In this document: piece by piece, positions 10,240-20,366 of the stretch
Position numbering within the stretch: the stretch's first letter is position 1
Layout of the letters: each line of letters starts with the position of its first letter
From: an uncultured delta proteobacterium
GTDB taxonomy: Bacteria > Desulfobacterota > Desulfobacteria > Desulfobacterales > Desulfatirhabdiaceae
Assembly (NCBI GenBank): GCA_963789395.1
Contig: CAWBKP010000019.1
Span: 1 to 64,000 of the forward strand
Direction of reading: 5' to 3'
DNA length: 64,000 bases
The notes under the pieces: generated by a model
Database searches by the model: none
What the model was told of the DNA's origin: nothing
Seen by the model: the letters and a program-made list of their open reading frames with translations, nothing else
Program-made: the position numbers and the translations under genes

Positions 10240-10975
10240 GCGCATGCAGCAGTTCGTTCTGGTCTATTTTATGGGACTGGTGGCGCTGCTTCTGGTAAAA
10301 TATCTGCTGAACCTCTCGGATTATGTGATTCCGGGCCCGGTCGAAATCTGGCAGACCTGTCAATCCGTTTTTGCAAGATATGTTTTCAATGTCCTGGATA
10401 CGCTGTGGATTGCGGTGCTCGGCCATATCATTTCGATCATTCTGGCCTTTCTGGTGGGAATTGTCGGGCGCAGGGATTCGTGGATCGGATCCCTGATCAA
10501 GGCGGCCGCCTATAACATTCAGGCGTATCCCATTGTGGCGGTGGCGCCTATATTCTTTATTCTGCTTGGGGACGGCCTGATCACCCGGCTGCTCATTGCG
10601 GTGATGATCTGCTATTTCCCCCTGCTGTTGTCGGTAATCGGCATTCTGTCCGAGCCGGTTGACAGCATCGAGCATTTTTATGTGGCGACAAACAGAATGA
10701 ACTGGCGGCTTGAAGTCCGGATTCGGGCCTATGAAAACATCACCAAACTGACAACCGTCATTGCGGGCAGCGCCACCATGGCGATGGTCGGAACCATCGT
10801 TGCGGAATTCATTGCAGCGGACGCCGGCATCGGGTACAGTATCCGGACCGCGCTGTATCAGAGCGACCTGTCGAAAATTCTGACCGCCTTGTTTCTGATC
10901 GGCATCAGCACGTCGCTCTATCTCACCGCGCTGGAATGGGCGGGAAATGTGGTTCAGAAAAAGTGCCAGGCATAA
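10229..10975 (+). CDS. ABC transporter permease (NitT/TauT family)
   Basis: Multiple TM segments; PIVAVAP; IVAEFIAADAGIGY. Confidence 0.85.
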   Translation: MLHRRMQQFVLVYFMGLVALLLVKYLLNLSDYVIPGPVEIWQTCQSVFARYVFNVLDTLWIAVLGHIISIILAFLVGIVGRRDSWIGSLIKAAAYNIQAYPIVAVAPIFFILLGDGLITRLLIAVMICYFPLLLSVIGILSEPVDSIEHFYVATNRMNWRLEVRIRAYENITKLTTVIAGSATMAMVGTIVAEFIAADAGIGYSIRTALYQSDLSKILTALFLIGISTSLYLTALEWAGNVVQKKCQA

Positions 10976-11038
10976 GGCTGACGATTTAAGGCAGGGAACA
11001 CAGATCGGATCGCCAGTTTCAATGATCCCTGGCAAAGG

Positions 11039-12037
11039 ATGGGCTCGATGAAATATATTAAACCAATCGTTTGGATGGGGATCTGGCTTTTTCTGCTCGG
11101 GCGGGCTGCGGAATGCGCGGATTTGACGCCCGTGGCCTACCGCCTGAAGTGGCTTTTTAACGCCAGTGTCGTTGGAGATCTCTATGCGGACGTGCACGGG
11201 GCATTTGCCCGGCACGGCTTGATGGTTACGGTAAAGGAAGGCGGTCCTGAGCGCGATGCCATCAAGGAGCTTGAACTGGGATATGCCCAGTTCGGTGTGG
11301 CGTCTGCGGACCAGGTGATCCGGGCTGCGGCAAAGGGATCTCCCATTGTCGTGGTCGTTCAGCTCTTTCAGGTGAATCCGCTGCAATGGGTGTATCGATC
11401 CGACAAACTCCATTTCAGCAGCCCGGCGGACTTCAAGGGAAAAACTGTCGGAATTACTTTTGGCGGAAACGATGAAACCATTATGCGGACCCTTCTGGCC
11501 AAATTCGGCATCAGCGCGGCATCGGTTGATCTGTATAGCGTCCGCTACGACTACACGCCGTTTTATGAGGGAAAAGTCGATTTGTGGCCGGTTTATGTCA
11601 ATGCCCAGGGAATTATCATTCAGGAAAAACTGGAGAAGACCGGAGAAAGGGTCAGCTTTTTCAATCCCGATGCATTCGGGGTGAAGTTTGTGGCAAATTC
11701 CGTGGTGACATCGCAAAAAATGTTCCGTGAACAGCCGGGCATCGTGACTGAATTTCGAAAGGCGCTGATCGAAGGCTGGCAGGATGCGGTTGCTCCGGAA
11801 AACAACGAAAAGGCGGTTACCGTCCTCAGCCAGTTTGACAGGGACACGCCGGTGGAGATCATCCGCAGGCAGCTTGCGGCAACCCGCGGCCTCATCAAGC
11901 CGGGTCCGGAAAGTGTTGTTGGAAGCATTGATGTTCCCGCCTGGAAGCAGACAGAGCAGATCATGCTGGATCAAAAACAGATTTCAGGATCGGTTCACCT
12001 GGATAAGATACTAAAACCGATTGACAGTATTCAATAA
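11039..12037 (+). CDS. ABC substrate-binding protein, NMT1/THI5-like
   Basis: Signal peptide; LKW..N, G.F..HGL.V..KEGGP, AQFGV, DFKGKTVG. Confidence 0.8.
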   Translation: MGSMKYIKPIVWMGIWLFLLGRAAECADLTPVAYRLKWLFNASVVGDLYADVHGAFARHGLMVTVKEGGPERDAIKELELGYAQFGVASADQVIRAAAKGSPIVVVVQLFQVNPLQWVYRSDKLHFSSPADFKGKTVGITFGGNDETIMRTLLAKFGISAASVDLYSVRYDYTPFYEGKVDLWPVYVNAQGIIIQEKLEKTGERVSFFNPDAFGVKFVANSVVTSQKMFREQPGIVTEFRKALIEGWQDAVAPENNEKAVTVLSQFDRDTPVEIIRRQLAATRGLIKPGPESVVGSIDVPAWKQTEQIMLDQKQISGSVHLDKILKPIDSIQ

Positions 12038-12127
12038 AATAGATTATTAATAAAATTTTATGATGCGGAGGCAGAAGATAATTGCCTCCGCTTGTGCTTT
12101 TAACCTGGGAAAGGAGAACGCGTAGTT

Positions 12128-12454
12128 ATGGGAGGCAGCAAAAAGAAGGCCGAGAAAGAAAAACCCCTTGATAAAATGACGGTAAAAGAACTGAGAGATC
12201 TGGCAAAAGAATCGACGAACCTGACGGGAGTTTTCGGGATGAACAAACCGGAGCTCATCTCTGAAATCAAAAAAGTCCGCGGCATTGTTGAGGAAGTTTC
12301 CGCAAAATCCAACAGCACGGTTCGTGAGATCAAGAAAAAAATGCGGGAACTGAAGGTGGTTCAGGCAGCTGCCGTAAGTGAAGACAATCTGAGGATGGCC
12401 AGAATTTACAAGAAAAAAATCATCCGTTTGAAAAAACAGACCCGGAAAGCCTAA
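12128..12454 (+). CDS. Small basic protein with a Rho-termination-factor N-terminal-like domain
   Basis: LDKMTVKELRDLAK...GVFGMNKPELISEI; Lys/Arg-rich C-terminus; AAGGAG upstream. Confidence 0.7.
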   Translation: MGGSKKKAEKEKPLDKMTVKELRDLAKESTNLTGVFGMNKPELISEIKKVRGIVEEVSAKSNSTVREIKKKMRELKVVQAAAVSEDNLRMARIYKKKIIRLKKQTRKA

Positions 12455-12551
12455 AAGGCCCGGAAATAAAAATTTTCTGCAAAGGCGCAACAGCTCCAGG
12501 AAAATGTGCTGCGTTTTTCCGGGCGTTGCGGCTTTGCGTATGGATTGAGGC

Positions 12552-13139
12552 ATGATGATTGAACCGGATTCCATTGCATTTGATTTTGACGGCGTTCTGG
12601 CCGATACCATGACGCTGTTTCTCGACATTGCCAGAAAAGATTATCAGGTTGAACACCTTCGCTATGAAGACATCACCTGTTATATGCTGAAGGATTGTCT
12701 TGAAATGGATGCGGATCTGATCGAAATCATCATCCAACGGATACAGGATGGCAGTTATACGGTGCCGCTGAAGCCGATGGCAGGCGCGGTGGAAGTATTG
12801 ACCCGGCTTGAAAAATGCAGCAGCCCGATCCTGTTTGTAACGGCCCGGCCCTATACCGGCCCGATTCTGGACTGGATGCAAAGCCTTCTGTCGCTGAATG
12901 CCGAGTCCATAAAGGTGATCACAACGGGATCATTTGACGCCAAAGCGGAAATTCTGCGGGACCACCGGGTTTCTTATTTTGTCGAGGACCGCCTGGAGAC
13001 CTGTTTCCAGTTAAAAGATGCCGGCGTGGAACCGGTCGTATTCAGGCAGCCATGGAATCGGCAAACCCATCCGTTTCATGAAGTCGGTTCCTGGAAGGAC
13101 ATCCATTCTCTGATCGATTGGAATGAGGAAACCCCGTGA
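12552..13139 (+). CDS. HAD-superfamily hydrolase, NT5C-type 5'-nucleotidase-like
   Basis: FDFDGVLADT, FVTAR, FVED, QPWN. Confidence 0.8.
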   Translation: MMIEPDSIAFDFDGVLADTMTLFLDIARKDYQVEHLRYEDITCYMLKDCLEMDADLIEIIIQRIQDGSYTVPLKPMAGAVEVLTRLEKCSSPILFVTARPYTGPILDWMQSLLSLNAESIKVITTGSFDAKAEILRDHRVSYFVEDRLETCFQLKDAGVEPVVFRQPWNRQTHPFHEVGSWKDIHSLIDWNEETP

Positions 13140-14052
13140 ATTGAGCCCGGTAATTTCGCTGGTTCGGCATTTCATTGAGGCCCTTTCTTCAGAAAAAGGG
13201 TATTCCGTCAATACCTGCCGGGCGTATGCGCACGATCTTGAAGAATTTGCCGCATTCAGTGCGACATTCCTGGAAAAAGAATTACAGGAAGCATCCATCG
13301 CGCATCTGGATGCGCTGGCGATCCGTCGGTACATCGGCTATCTTCATAAAAAGAACACGAAGACTTCCATTGGCAGAAAGCTTTCAGCCATCCGGTCATT
13401 TTTCAGATTTCTCGTCCGGCAAGGCATACTGGATGCCAGTCCGGCAGAGATGATTCCCAATCCCCGAACCGAAAGTCCGATCCCGGTATTTCTTCCCATC
13501 GATGAGATGTTCAGGCTTCTGGATTCGGTTTCCGCGGATTCGCTTTCCGATCAGAGAGATCGGGCCATACTGGAAATGCTGTATTCGGCGGGGCTTCGCG
13601 TCTCGGAGCTGACTGCCATGAATGTCCAGGACGTGAATATCGACCAGTCCGTGATTCGGGTACGCGGAAAGGGAAACAAGGAGCGGATAACGCCGGTCGG
13701 GAAAAAGGCTCTGGCCGCTTTGAAGGCTTACCGGGAATGTCTGGGCCGGCAGTCGGGTATCGGGTTTTTTGAAAACGGGCCGCTGTTTCTGAATCTGCGA
13801 AACGGGCGGCTGACTTCCCGGTCGGTTGCCCGTATCCTGGATAAATGGGCGATAAAATGCAGTCTTTCCATGCCGGTATTTCCCCATGCCATGCGGCACA
13901 GCTTTGCAACACATCTGCTGGATTCCGGTGCGGATTTAAGGGTTGTGCAGGAGCTGCTGGGGCACAAGCGGCTGTCCACAACCCAGAAATATACCCATGT
14001 CAGCATGGACAAGCTGATGGAAATCTATGACAAGGCCCATCCCAGAAAGTGA
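13123..14052 (+). CDS. xerC: Tyrosine recombinase XerC
   Basis: RDRAILEMLYSAGLRVSEL, GKGNKER, PHAMRHSFATHLL, VQELLGH..LSTTQKYTH; directly upstream of hslVU. Confidence 0.9.
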   Translation: MRKPRELSPVISLVRHFIEALSSEKGYSVNTCRAYAHDLEEFAAFSATFLEKELQEASIAHLDALAIRRYIGYLHKKNTKTSIGRKLSAIRSFFRFLVRQGILDASPAEMIPNPRTESPIPVFLPIDEMFRLLDSVSADSLSDQRDRAILEMLYSAGLRVSELTAMNVQDVNIDQSVIRVRGKGNKERITPVGKKALAALKAYRECLGRQSGIGFFENGPLFLNLRNGRLTSRSVARILDKWAIKCSLSMPVFPHAMRHSFATHLLDSGADLRVVQELLGHKRLSTTQKYTHVSMDKLMEIYDKAHPRK

Positions 14053-14053
14053 G

Positions 14054-14605
14054 GTGACCCCGTTGGTATGTCACGGAACGACCATACTGGCGCTTCGGCA
14101 CCAGGGCAAGGTGATTGTCGCCGGCGATGGCCAGGTGACGCTGAATGCCACCATTGTCAAGCACAAGGCCAAAAAAGTCAGGCGGATCTATAACGAGAAG
14201 ATCATCGTGGGGTTTGCCGGAGCAACGGCGGATGCCCTGCATCTTTCCGAGCGGCTTGAAAGCAAACTGGAACGGTTCAACGGCAACCTCACCCGGGCTG
14301 CGGTTGAGCTGGCCAGAGAGTGGCGGACCGACAAATACCTGAGGCGGCTTGAAGCCATGATGATTGCCGTTGACGACAGCCGGACGTTTCTGCTGTCTGG
14401 AAACGGCGATATTATCGAGCCGGATGAGGGTGTCATCGGCATCGGCTCCGGGGGCACGATCGTTCAGGCTGTTGCCACGGCGCTGGTGCGGCATTCGCCC
14501 CTTGGGCCCCGGGAAATTGTTGAAAAAGCAATGGCCATTGCCGCCTCTCTTTGTGTTTACACCAATACGGACATCACGATAGAAGAAATAAGTGATACCC
14601 AATGA
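14054..14605 (+). CDS. hslV: ATP-dependent protease peptidase subunit HslV
   Basis: [38 protein letters not shown]; likely GTG start at 14054. Confidence 0.95.
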   Translation: MTPLVCHGTTILALRHQGKVIVAGDGQVTLNATIVKHKAKKVRRIYNEKIIVGFAGATADALHLSERLESKLERFNGNLTRAAVELAREWRTDKYLRRLEAMMIAVDDSRTFLLSGNGDIIEPDEGVIGIGSGGTIVQAVATALVRHSPLGPREIVEKAMAIAASLCVYTNTDITIEEISDTQ

Positions 14606-15969
14606 ATTCTCTGAAACCATCTGAAATTGTAGTAGAACTGGATAAATACATTGTCGGGCAGCATCGCGCCAAGCGCTCCGTGGCCATTGCCCTCAGGAAC
14701 CGCTGGCGCAGGCAGCAGGTCGCCGAAGACCTTCGCGATGAAATCGCTCCGAAAAACATTATCCTGATCGGACCCACCGGCGTGGGCAAGACAGAAATCG
14801 CCCGCCGGCTGTCCAAATTGACGGATTCCCCGTTTTACAAGGTTGAAGCTTCCAAGTTTACCGAGGTCGGTTACGTGGGCCGGGATGTTGAATCCATGAT
14901 CCGGGACCTCCTGGAGCTGACCGTCAACCTGCTCAAGATCCGGGAACAGGATGACATCAAACCCAGGGCCGGTGCCATCGCCGAAGAAAGAATGCTGGAT
15001 TTGCTCCTGCCGCCCAAACCCAGGCTCCAGCAGGGGGAACCCGCCAAGGAAACGCAGCTTGAGGTGGTGACCGCGGGTGTGGATGAATCGTTTTCCACCC
15101 GTGAGAAACTTCGCGGCATGCTGCGTGCCGGAAAACTGGACAGCCGGTATGTGGATCTGGATGTTCCCGACAGATCCATGCCCACCGTGGAAATTTTTTC
15201 CAATGTCGGCATGGAGGAAATGGGCATCAATTTTAAAGATATGCTGGGCGGGCTGCTGCCGAAGAACACGCGGCGAAGAAAGATCAAGGTTCCGGAGGCC
15301 ATGGATCTGCTTTCTCAGGAAGAAGCCCAGAATCTGATCGATATGGACAAGGTGATCCGGCATGCCCGGGAAAAAGTGGAACAGTCAGGCATCATATTCC
15401 TGGATGAAATTGACAAGATCGTGGGCAAAAACGGCGGTCATGGCCCGGATGTTTCCCGGGAAGGGGTGCAGCGGGATTTGCTGCCCATTGTGGAAGGCTC
15501 TACTGTAACCACCAAGTACGGTCCGGTCAAAACCGACCATATTCTGTTTATCGCATCCGGCGCATTTCATACCATCAAACCATCGGATCTGATTCCGGAG
15601 CTTCAGGGCCGGTTCCCCATCCGGGTGGAACTGGATTCTCTGGGACGCCAGGATTTTATCAGAATTCTGACCGAACCTCAGAATTCCCTGATCCTACAGT
15701 ACACGGAGCTGCTGAAAACCGAAGGCGTTCAGGTGACATTTGAAACCAGTGCCATCGAACGCATTGCCGCCATTGCCGAAGACGTCAACAACCTGACCGA
15801 GAACATCGGCGCCAGGCGGCTGCACACCCTGATGGAGTGCCTTCTGGACGACATTCTCTTTGATGCGCCGGATCTGGAGGAAAAAAAGATCGTCATCGAC
15901 GGCGATCGCGTGGATACCAAGCTCAAAGCCATTAAGAGCAACGAAGATCTGAGCCGATATATATTATAG
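14602..15969 (+). CDS. hslU: ATP-dependent protease ATPase subunit HslU
   Basis: [51 protein letters not shown]. Confidence 0.97.
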   Translation: MNSLKPSEIVVELDKYIVGQHRAKRSVAIALRNRWRRQQVAEDLRDEIAPKNIILIGPTGVGKTEIARRLSKLTDSPFYKVEASKFTEVGYVGRDVESMIRDLLELTVNLLKIREQDDIKPRAGAIAEERMLDLLLPPKPRLQQGEPAKETQLEVVTAGVDESFSTREKLRGMLRAGKLDSRYVDLDVPDRSMPTVEIFSNVGMEEMGINFKDMLGGLLPKNTRRRKIKVPEAMDLLSQEEAQNLIDMDKVIRHAREKVEQSGIIFLDEIDKIVGKNGGHGPDVSREGVQRDLLPIVEGSTVTTKYGPVKTDHILFIASGAFHTIKPSDLIPELQGRFPIRVELDSLGRQDFIRILTEPQNSLILQYTELLKTEGVQVTFETSAIERIAAIAEDVNNLTENIGARRLHTLMECLLDDILFDAPDLEEKKIVIDGDRVDTKLKAIKSNEDLSRYIL

Positions 15970-16020
15970 GCTAAAGGCCAAAGGCCAAAGGTTAAAGACT
16001 GAAGACTGAAGATTGAAGGA
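15968..16020 (+). repeat. Degenerate heptamer tandem repeat (7 units) between hslU and argB
   Basis: AGGCTAA AGGCCAA AGGCCAA AGGTTAA AGACTGA AGACTGA AGATTGA AGGA. Confidence 0.85.
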
Positions 16021-16026
16021 GTTCCT

Positions 16027-16902
16027 ATGACCCCCAATGTCGCGGACATCCTGGTTGAATCCCTGCCATACATCCGCCGGTTTTCCGGAATGACCCTGGT
16101 GGTCAAATACGGCGGCCATGCCATGGTGGACGAACAGCTCAAAGCGGATTTCGCACAGGATATCACCCTGCTGAAATTTATCGGCCTGAATCCGGTCATC
16201 GTTCATGGCGGTGGGCCGCAGATCAACCAGGTGCTGAACCGCATGGGCATCTGCCCGCAGTTTGTACGCGGCATGCGGCTGACAGATGAGCCCACGATGG
16301 ATGTGGTGGAAATGGTCCTGGGCGGGAAGGTGAACAAGGCCATTGTTGCCCAGATCAACCAGCATGGCGGAAAGGCCGTGGGCTTGAGCGGTAAGGACGG
16401 CGGGCTGATCACGGCCGAAAAGCTTCATATCGTCTATCAGCCGGATGAAAACAGCCCGCCGGAAATCATTGACCCGGGCCTGGTGGGCCAGGTGACGCAG
16501 ATCAACCCTGCAATCATTCATACCCTGACCCAGCATGGATTTATTCCGGTGATCGCACCGGTGGGCGCCGGCGATGAAGGCGAAACCTACAACATCAATG
16601 CGGACTTGGTGGCAAGCCATGTGGCCATGGCCCTGACCGCCGGCCGGCTGATTCTGCTGACCGATGTGGATGGCATCATGGATGCTTCCGGAGCCCTGAT
16701 CTCCTCGCTGAACGCGGAAATCGCCCATCGCATGATTCAGGAAAAAACCATTTCCGGCGGCATGATTCCCAAGGTGGAATACGCGCTGGAAGCCGTTGAG
16801 AGCGGGGTTCAGAAAGTGCATATCATCAACGGCACCCGGCGGCATGCGCTGCTGCTGGAACTTTTTACTGACAAAGGCATCGGAACAGAGGTTACATTAT
16901 GA
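16027..16902 (+). CDS. argB: Acetylglutamate kinase
   Basis: [40 protein letters not shown]. Confidence 0.97.
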   Translation: MTPNVADILVESLPYIRRFSGMTLVVKYGGHAMVDEQLKADFAQDITLLKFIGLNPVIVHGGGPQINQVLNRMGICPQFVRGMRLTDEPTMDVVEMVLGGKVNKAIVAQINQHGGKAVGLSGKDGGLITAEKLHIVYQPDENSPPEIIDPGLVGQVTQINPAIIHTLTQHGFIPVIAPVGAGDEGETYNINADLVASHVAMALTAGRLILLTDVDGIMDASGALISSLNAEIAHRMIQEKTISGGMIPKVEYALEAVESGVQKVHIINGTRRHALLLELFTDKGIGTEVTL

Positions 16903-18098
16903 CGGAACAGGCGGGAACGGATACCCGAAAATGGATGGCACAGGCAGACCGGGTGATGACCGCAACCTACAAGCGGACGCCGGTGGTGTTTTCACGGGGG
17001 AGCGGCTGCACCCTTTGGGATACCGAAGGCCGCGCTTATCTGGATTTTGTCGCCGGCATTGCAGTGTGCAATCTTGGCCATGCCCATCCCGCTGTGTCAC
17101 ATGCCTTGCTTGAACAGTCCAGGACCCTGGTTCATGTGTCCAATCTCTATTATACGATGCCGCAGACCGAACTGGCAGCCTGGCTGGTCGATCACAGCTT
17201 TGCGGACCGGGTCTTTTTCTGCAACAGCGGGGCCGAAGCCAACGAGGCAGCCATCAAGCTGGCCCGAAAATATTTCAAGGATAAAGAAGAGCCTGACCGG
17301 TACCGGATAATCTCCATGATTCAGTCCTTCCATGGCAGAACCCTGGGAACCCTTTCCGCGACCGGCCAGGATAAAATCAAGCAGGGGTTTTCTCCCATTC
17401 TGGAAGGCTTTGACTTTGTGCCTTTTAACGATATCGGGGCCATCCGTGAGAAAATCAGCGCATCGACCTGTGCCATTTTGCTGGAGCCGGTCCAGGGAGA
17501 AGGCGGCATCCGCAGTGCCGATCCGGAATTTCTTCGAAATGTGCGCCGGCTCTGCGATGAAACCGGAACCCTTCTTATTTTTGATGAGATTCAAACCGGA
17601 ATCGGTCGAACCGGAAAACTCTTTGCGTATGAGCATTTCGGGATCGAGCCCGATATCATGACCCTTGCCAAGGCCCTTGCCAACGGACTGCCCATCGGGG
17701 CCATGCTGGCCAAAGAATCCGTGGCCGCCGCGTTTGTTCCCGGATCCCACGCTTCAACTTTCGGCGGCACGCCTCTGGTAACCGCGGCATCCCTGTGCGT
17801 TTTAAAAACCCTTGACCAGGAGAACATCATCGGGCATTGCGCGGAAGTGGGGCGGTATTTTAAGGAGCGGCTGCTGGAATTGAAAAGCCGGCACGATTCT
17901 GTTGTGGATGTCCGCGGACTGGGATTGCTGCTGGGAATGGAGATAGACACCGACGGCCTTCCGCTGGTCGAAGCCTGCCTTGCAAAAGGATTTGTGATCA
18001 ATTGCGTTCAGGGAAACACCCTGCGGTTTATCCCGCCGCTGATTGTTCAGAAACCGGAAATCGACCGGCTGATCAACTGTCTGGATGAAATATTGTAA
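16899..18098 (+). CDS. argD: Acetylornithine aminotransferase
   Basis: [52 protein letters not shown]. Confidence 0.95.
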   Translation: MTEQAGTDTRKWMAQADRVMTATYKRTPVVFSRGSGCTLWDTEGRAYLDFVAGIAVCNLGHAHPAVSHALLEQSRTLVHVSNLYYTMPQTELAAWLVDHSFADRVFFCNSGAEANEAAIKLARKYFKDKEEPDRYRIISMIQSFHGRTLGTLSATGQDKIKQGFSPILEGFDFVPFNDIGAIREKISASTCAILLEPVQGEGGIRSADPEFLRNVRRLCDETGTLLIFDEIQTGIGRTGKLFAYEHFGIEPDIMTLAKALANGLPIGAMLAKESVAAAFVPGSHASTFGGTPLVTAASLCVLKTLDQENIIGHCAEVGRYFKERLLELKSRHDSVVDVRGLGLLLGMEIDTDGLPLVEACLAKGFVINCVQGNTLRFIPPLIVQKPEIDRLINCLDEIL

Positions 18099-18106
18099 AA
18101 GGTGGA

Positions 18107-19027
18107 ATGGTGAAGAAAGATTTGCTGACACTGCTGGATCTGACCAAATCAGATTGTGATGTGCTGTTTAAAAGAGCCATAGCGTTAAAAGAACGGCGAA
18201 AAAAAGGTGTCCGGGAAACCACACTTTCCGGAAAATCGCTGGGGCTGATATTTGATAAACCCTCCACGCGAACCCGGGTGTCGTTTGAGGCCGCCATGAT
18301 TCAACTGGGCGGGACGCCGATTTTTATCAGCTCCAAAGACACTCAGATTTCCAGGGATGAGCCGGTCATGGACACGGCCAGAGTGCTCTCAAGCTATCTT
18401 GATTGCCTTGCAATCCGCACGTTTTCTCAGGATCTTCTGGAAGGCTTCGGAGCCTATGCAGCGATTCCGGTCATCAATGCGCTGACCGATCTTTACCATC
18501 CGACACAAGTGCTGAGCGATCTGATGACCATCATCGAATACAAGGGAGGGTATGAAGGCCTGAAGATCGCCTGGGTGGGAGACGGCAACAATGTGTCCCA
18601 TTCCTGGATCAATGCCGCGGCTACGCTGGGGCTGAACCTGGCGCTGGCCTGTCCGGAAGGATATTTCCCGAATGCCGCCATTTTGAAGCGTGCACTGGAT
18701 ACCGGCACCGGCAGCATTTGCGTGGTTTCCGATCCCATCGCGGCAGTGCATGATGCCGATGTGATCTATACCGATGTGTGGGCCAGCATGGGCCAGGAAA
18801 GCGAGCATATTTCCCGAAAAAAAGTTTTCAAGGCCTATCAGGTGAACCGGGATCTTGTCCGGCATGCGCGAAAAGATGCCATTGTCATGCACTGCCTGCC
18901 GGCGCACCGGGGAGAGGAAATCAGCGAGGAACTGATGGACAGCCCTGTTCCGGTGATCTGGGATCAGTCTGAAAACAAAATGCACATGAATAAGGCCATC
19001 CTCGAAGCGCTCATGATAAAACTGTAA
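18107..19027 (+). CDS. argF: Ornithine carbamoyltransferase
   Basis: KPSTRTRVSFE, NALTD..HP.Q, GDGNNV, YTDVWASMGQE, MHCLPAHRGEE. Confidence 0.97.
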   Translation: MVKKDLLTLLDLTKSDCDVLFKRAIALKERRKKGVRETTLSGKSLGLIFDKPSTRTRVSFEAAMIQLGGTPIFISSKDTQISRDEPVMDTARVLSSYLDCLAIRTFSQDLLEGFGAYAAIPVINALTDLYHPTQVLSDLMTIIEYKGGYEGLKIAWVGDGNNVSHSWINAAATLGLNLALACPEGYFPNAAILKRALDTGTGSICVVSDPIAAVHDADVIYTDVWASMGQESEHISRKKVFKAYQVNRDLVRHARKDAIVMHCLPAHRGEEISEELMDSPVPVIWDQSENKMHMNKAILEALMIKL

Positions 19028-19033
19028 ATACAA

Positions 19034-19070
19034 AAATTCGAAATCCGAATCTCGAAATTCGAAACAAGGA
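19034..19070 (+). repeat. Heptamer-periodic CGAAAT-type intergenic repeat, copy 1
   Basis: AAATTCGAAATCCGAATCTCGAAATTCGAAACAAGGA differs at one position from 29652-29688. Confidence 0.85.
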
Positions 19071-19078
19071 GAGTTGCA

Positions 19079-20278
19079 ATGTCTGATCAGATCAAAAAAG
19101 TCGTTCTGGCCTATTCCGGCGGCCTGGATACATCGGTCATCTTAAAATGGCTCATCGAAACCTATCACTGCGAAGTGGTGACATTTTCCGCAAACATCGG
19201 CCAGGATGAAGATCTGGACCAGATTCGGGACAACGCGTTTAAAACAGGTGCTTCCAAGGCGTACGTGGAAGACTTGTCCGAAACCTTTGTAACGGATTAT
19301 GTGTTTCCGGCGTTTCGGGCGAACGCCATTTATGAAGGGCAGTATCTTCTGGGGACATCACTGGCAAGACCCTTGATCGCCAAAAGGCAGATGGAAATCG
19401 CCAAAATTGAAGCCGCGGACGCCGTCAGTCACGGGGCAACCGGAAAAGGCAATGACCAGGTTCGCTTTGAGCTGACTTATTTTGCCATGGACCCGAACAT
19501 CCGCATTATTGCGCCCTGGCGGGAATGGCGGCTGACTTCCCGGACCGCACTGATGGAATTTGCCGCCCAGCACGGCATCAAGGTTCCCACAACGCCTGCA
19601 AAGCCTTACAGCTCGGATGCGAATCTGCTGCATATCAGCTATGAAGGCGGGATTCTGGAAGATCCCTGGGCTGCCCCGCCAGACGACATCTTTACGCTGT
19701 CGGTATCTCCCAAGGATGCGCCGGATGCGCATGAAATTATTGAAATTACCTTTGATCAGGGAAATCCGGTGGCTGTAAACGGACAGGCCCTGTCTCCGGC
19801 GGCCCTGCTGCGGGAGCTGAACCGTCTTGGCGGCCGAAACGGTATCGGCCGGGCGGATATCGTGGAAAACCGGTTTGTGGGCATGAAATCCCGCGGTGTC
19901 TATGAGACACCGGGCGGAACCATTTTAAGGGCTGCCCATATGGCCATGGAATCCATCACCCTCGATCGGGAAGTCATGCATCTGCGGGATTCCCTGATTC
20001 CCAAATATGCGGAAATGGTATACTATGGATTCTGGTTTTCTCCGGAAATGCGCCTGCTCCAGAATCTGGTCGACGATACGCAGAAGAATGTCTGCGGCGT
20101 GGTGCGTCTTGAACTGTATAAGGGCAATTGCCGGGTTCTGGGAAGAAAATCGGACCGGTCTCTGTACAGCGTGGATTTTGCCACATTCGAAGATGATTCG
20201 GTATACCGCCAGAAAGACGCGGAAGGATTTATCCGGCTCAATGCGCTCAGGTTGAGAATCCAGAATTTGCTGAAATAG
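19079..20278 (+). CDS. argG: Argininosuccinate synthase
   Basis: [54 protein letters not shown]. Confidence 0.97.
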   Translation: MSDQIKKVVLAYSGGLDTSVILKWLIETYHCEVVTFSANIGQDEDLDQIRDNAFKTGASKAYVEDLSETFVTDYVFPAFRANAIYEGQYLLGTSLARPLIAKRQMEIAKIEAADAVSHGATGKGNDQVRFELTYFAMDPNIRIIAPWREWRLTSRTALMEFAAQHGIKVPTTPAKPYSSDANLLHISYEGGILEDPWAAPPDDIFTLSVSPKDAPDAHEIIEITFDQGNPVAVNGQALSPAALLRELNRLGGRNGIGRADIVENRFVGMKSRGVYETPGGTILRAAHMAMESITLDREVMHLRDSLIPKYAEMVYYGFWFSPEMRLLQNLVDDTQKNVCGVVRLELYKGNCRVLGRKSDRSLYSVDFATFEDDSVYRQKDAEGFIRLNALRLRIQNLLK

Positions 20279-20366
20279 TGCCGGAATGTAACCCTTTTTT
20301 TAAATGCGAAATTCGAATTTTCCCTGAACGTCCTTTCCGTTCAGGCGCCATTTATTGAGGAACTCC

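Noticed and set aside
10109..11974. 621-aa minus-strand ORF, and similar long antisense ORFs at 30423-31808, 33067-34437, 35231-36586 and 41891-43597
   Set aside because: They lie opposite well-supported genes and have no recognisable motifs; they are shadow ORFs produced by codon bias.
13123..14052. Tyrosine recombinase as a phage or island integrase
   Set aside because: Sequence and xerC-hslV-hslU context indicate housekeeping XerC; no att sites or mobile genes are adjacent.
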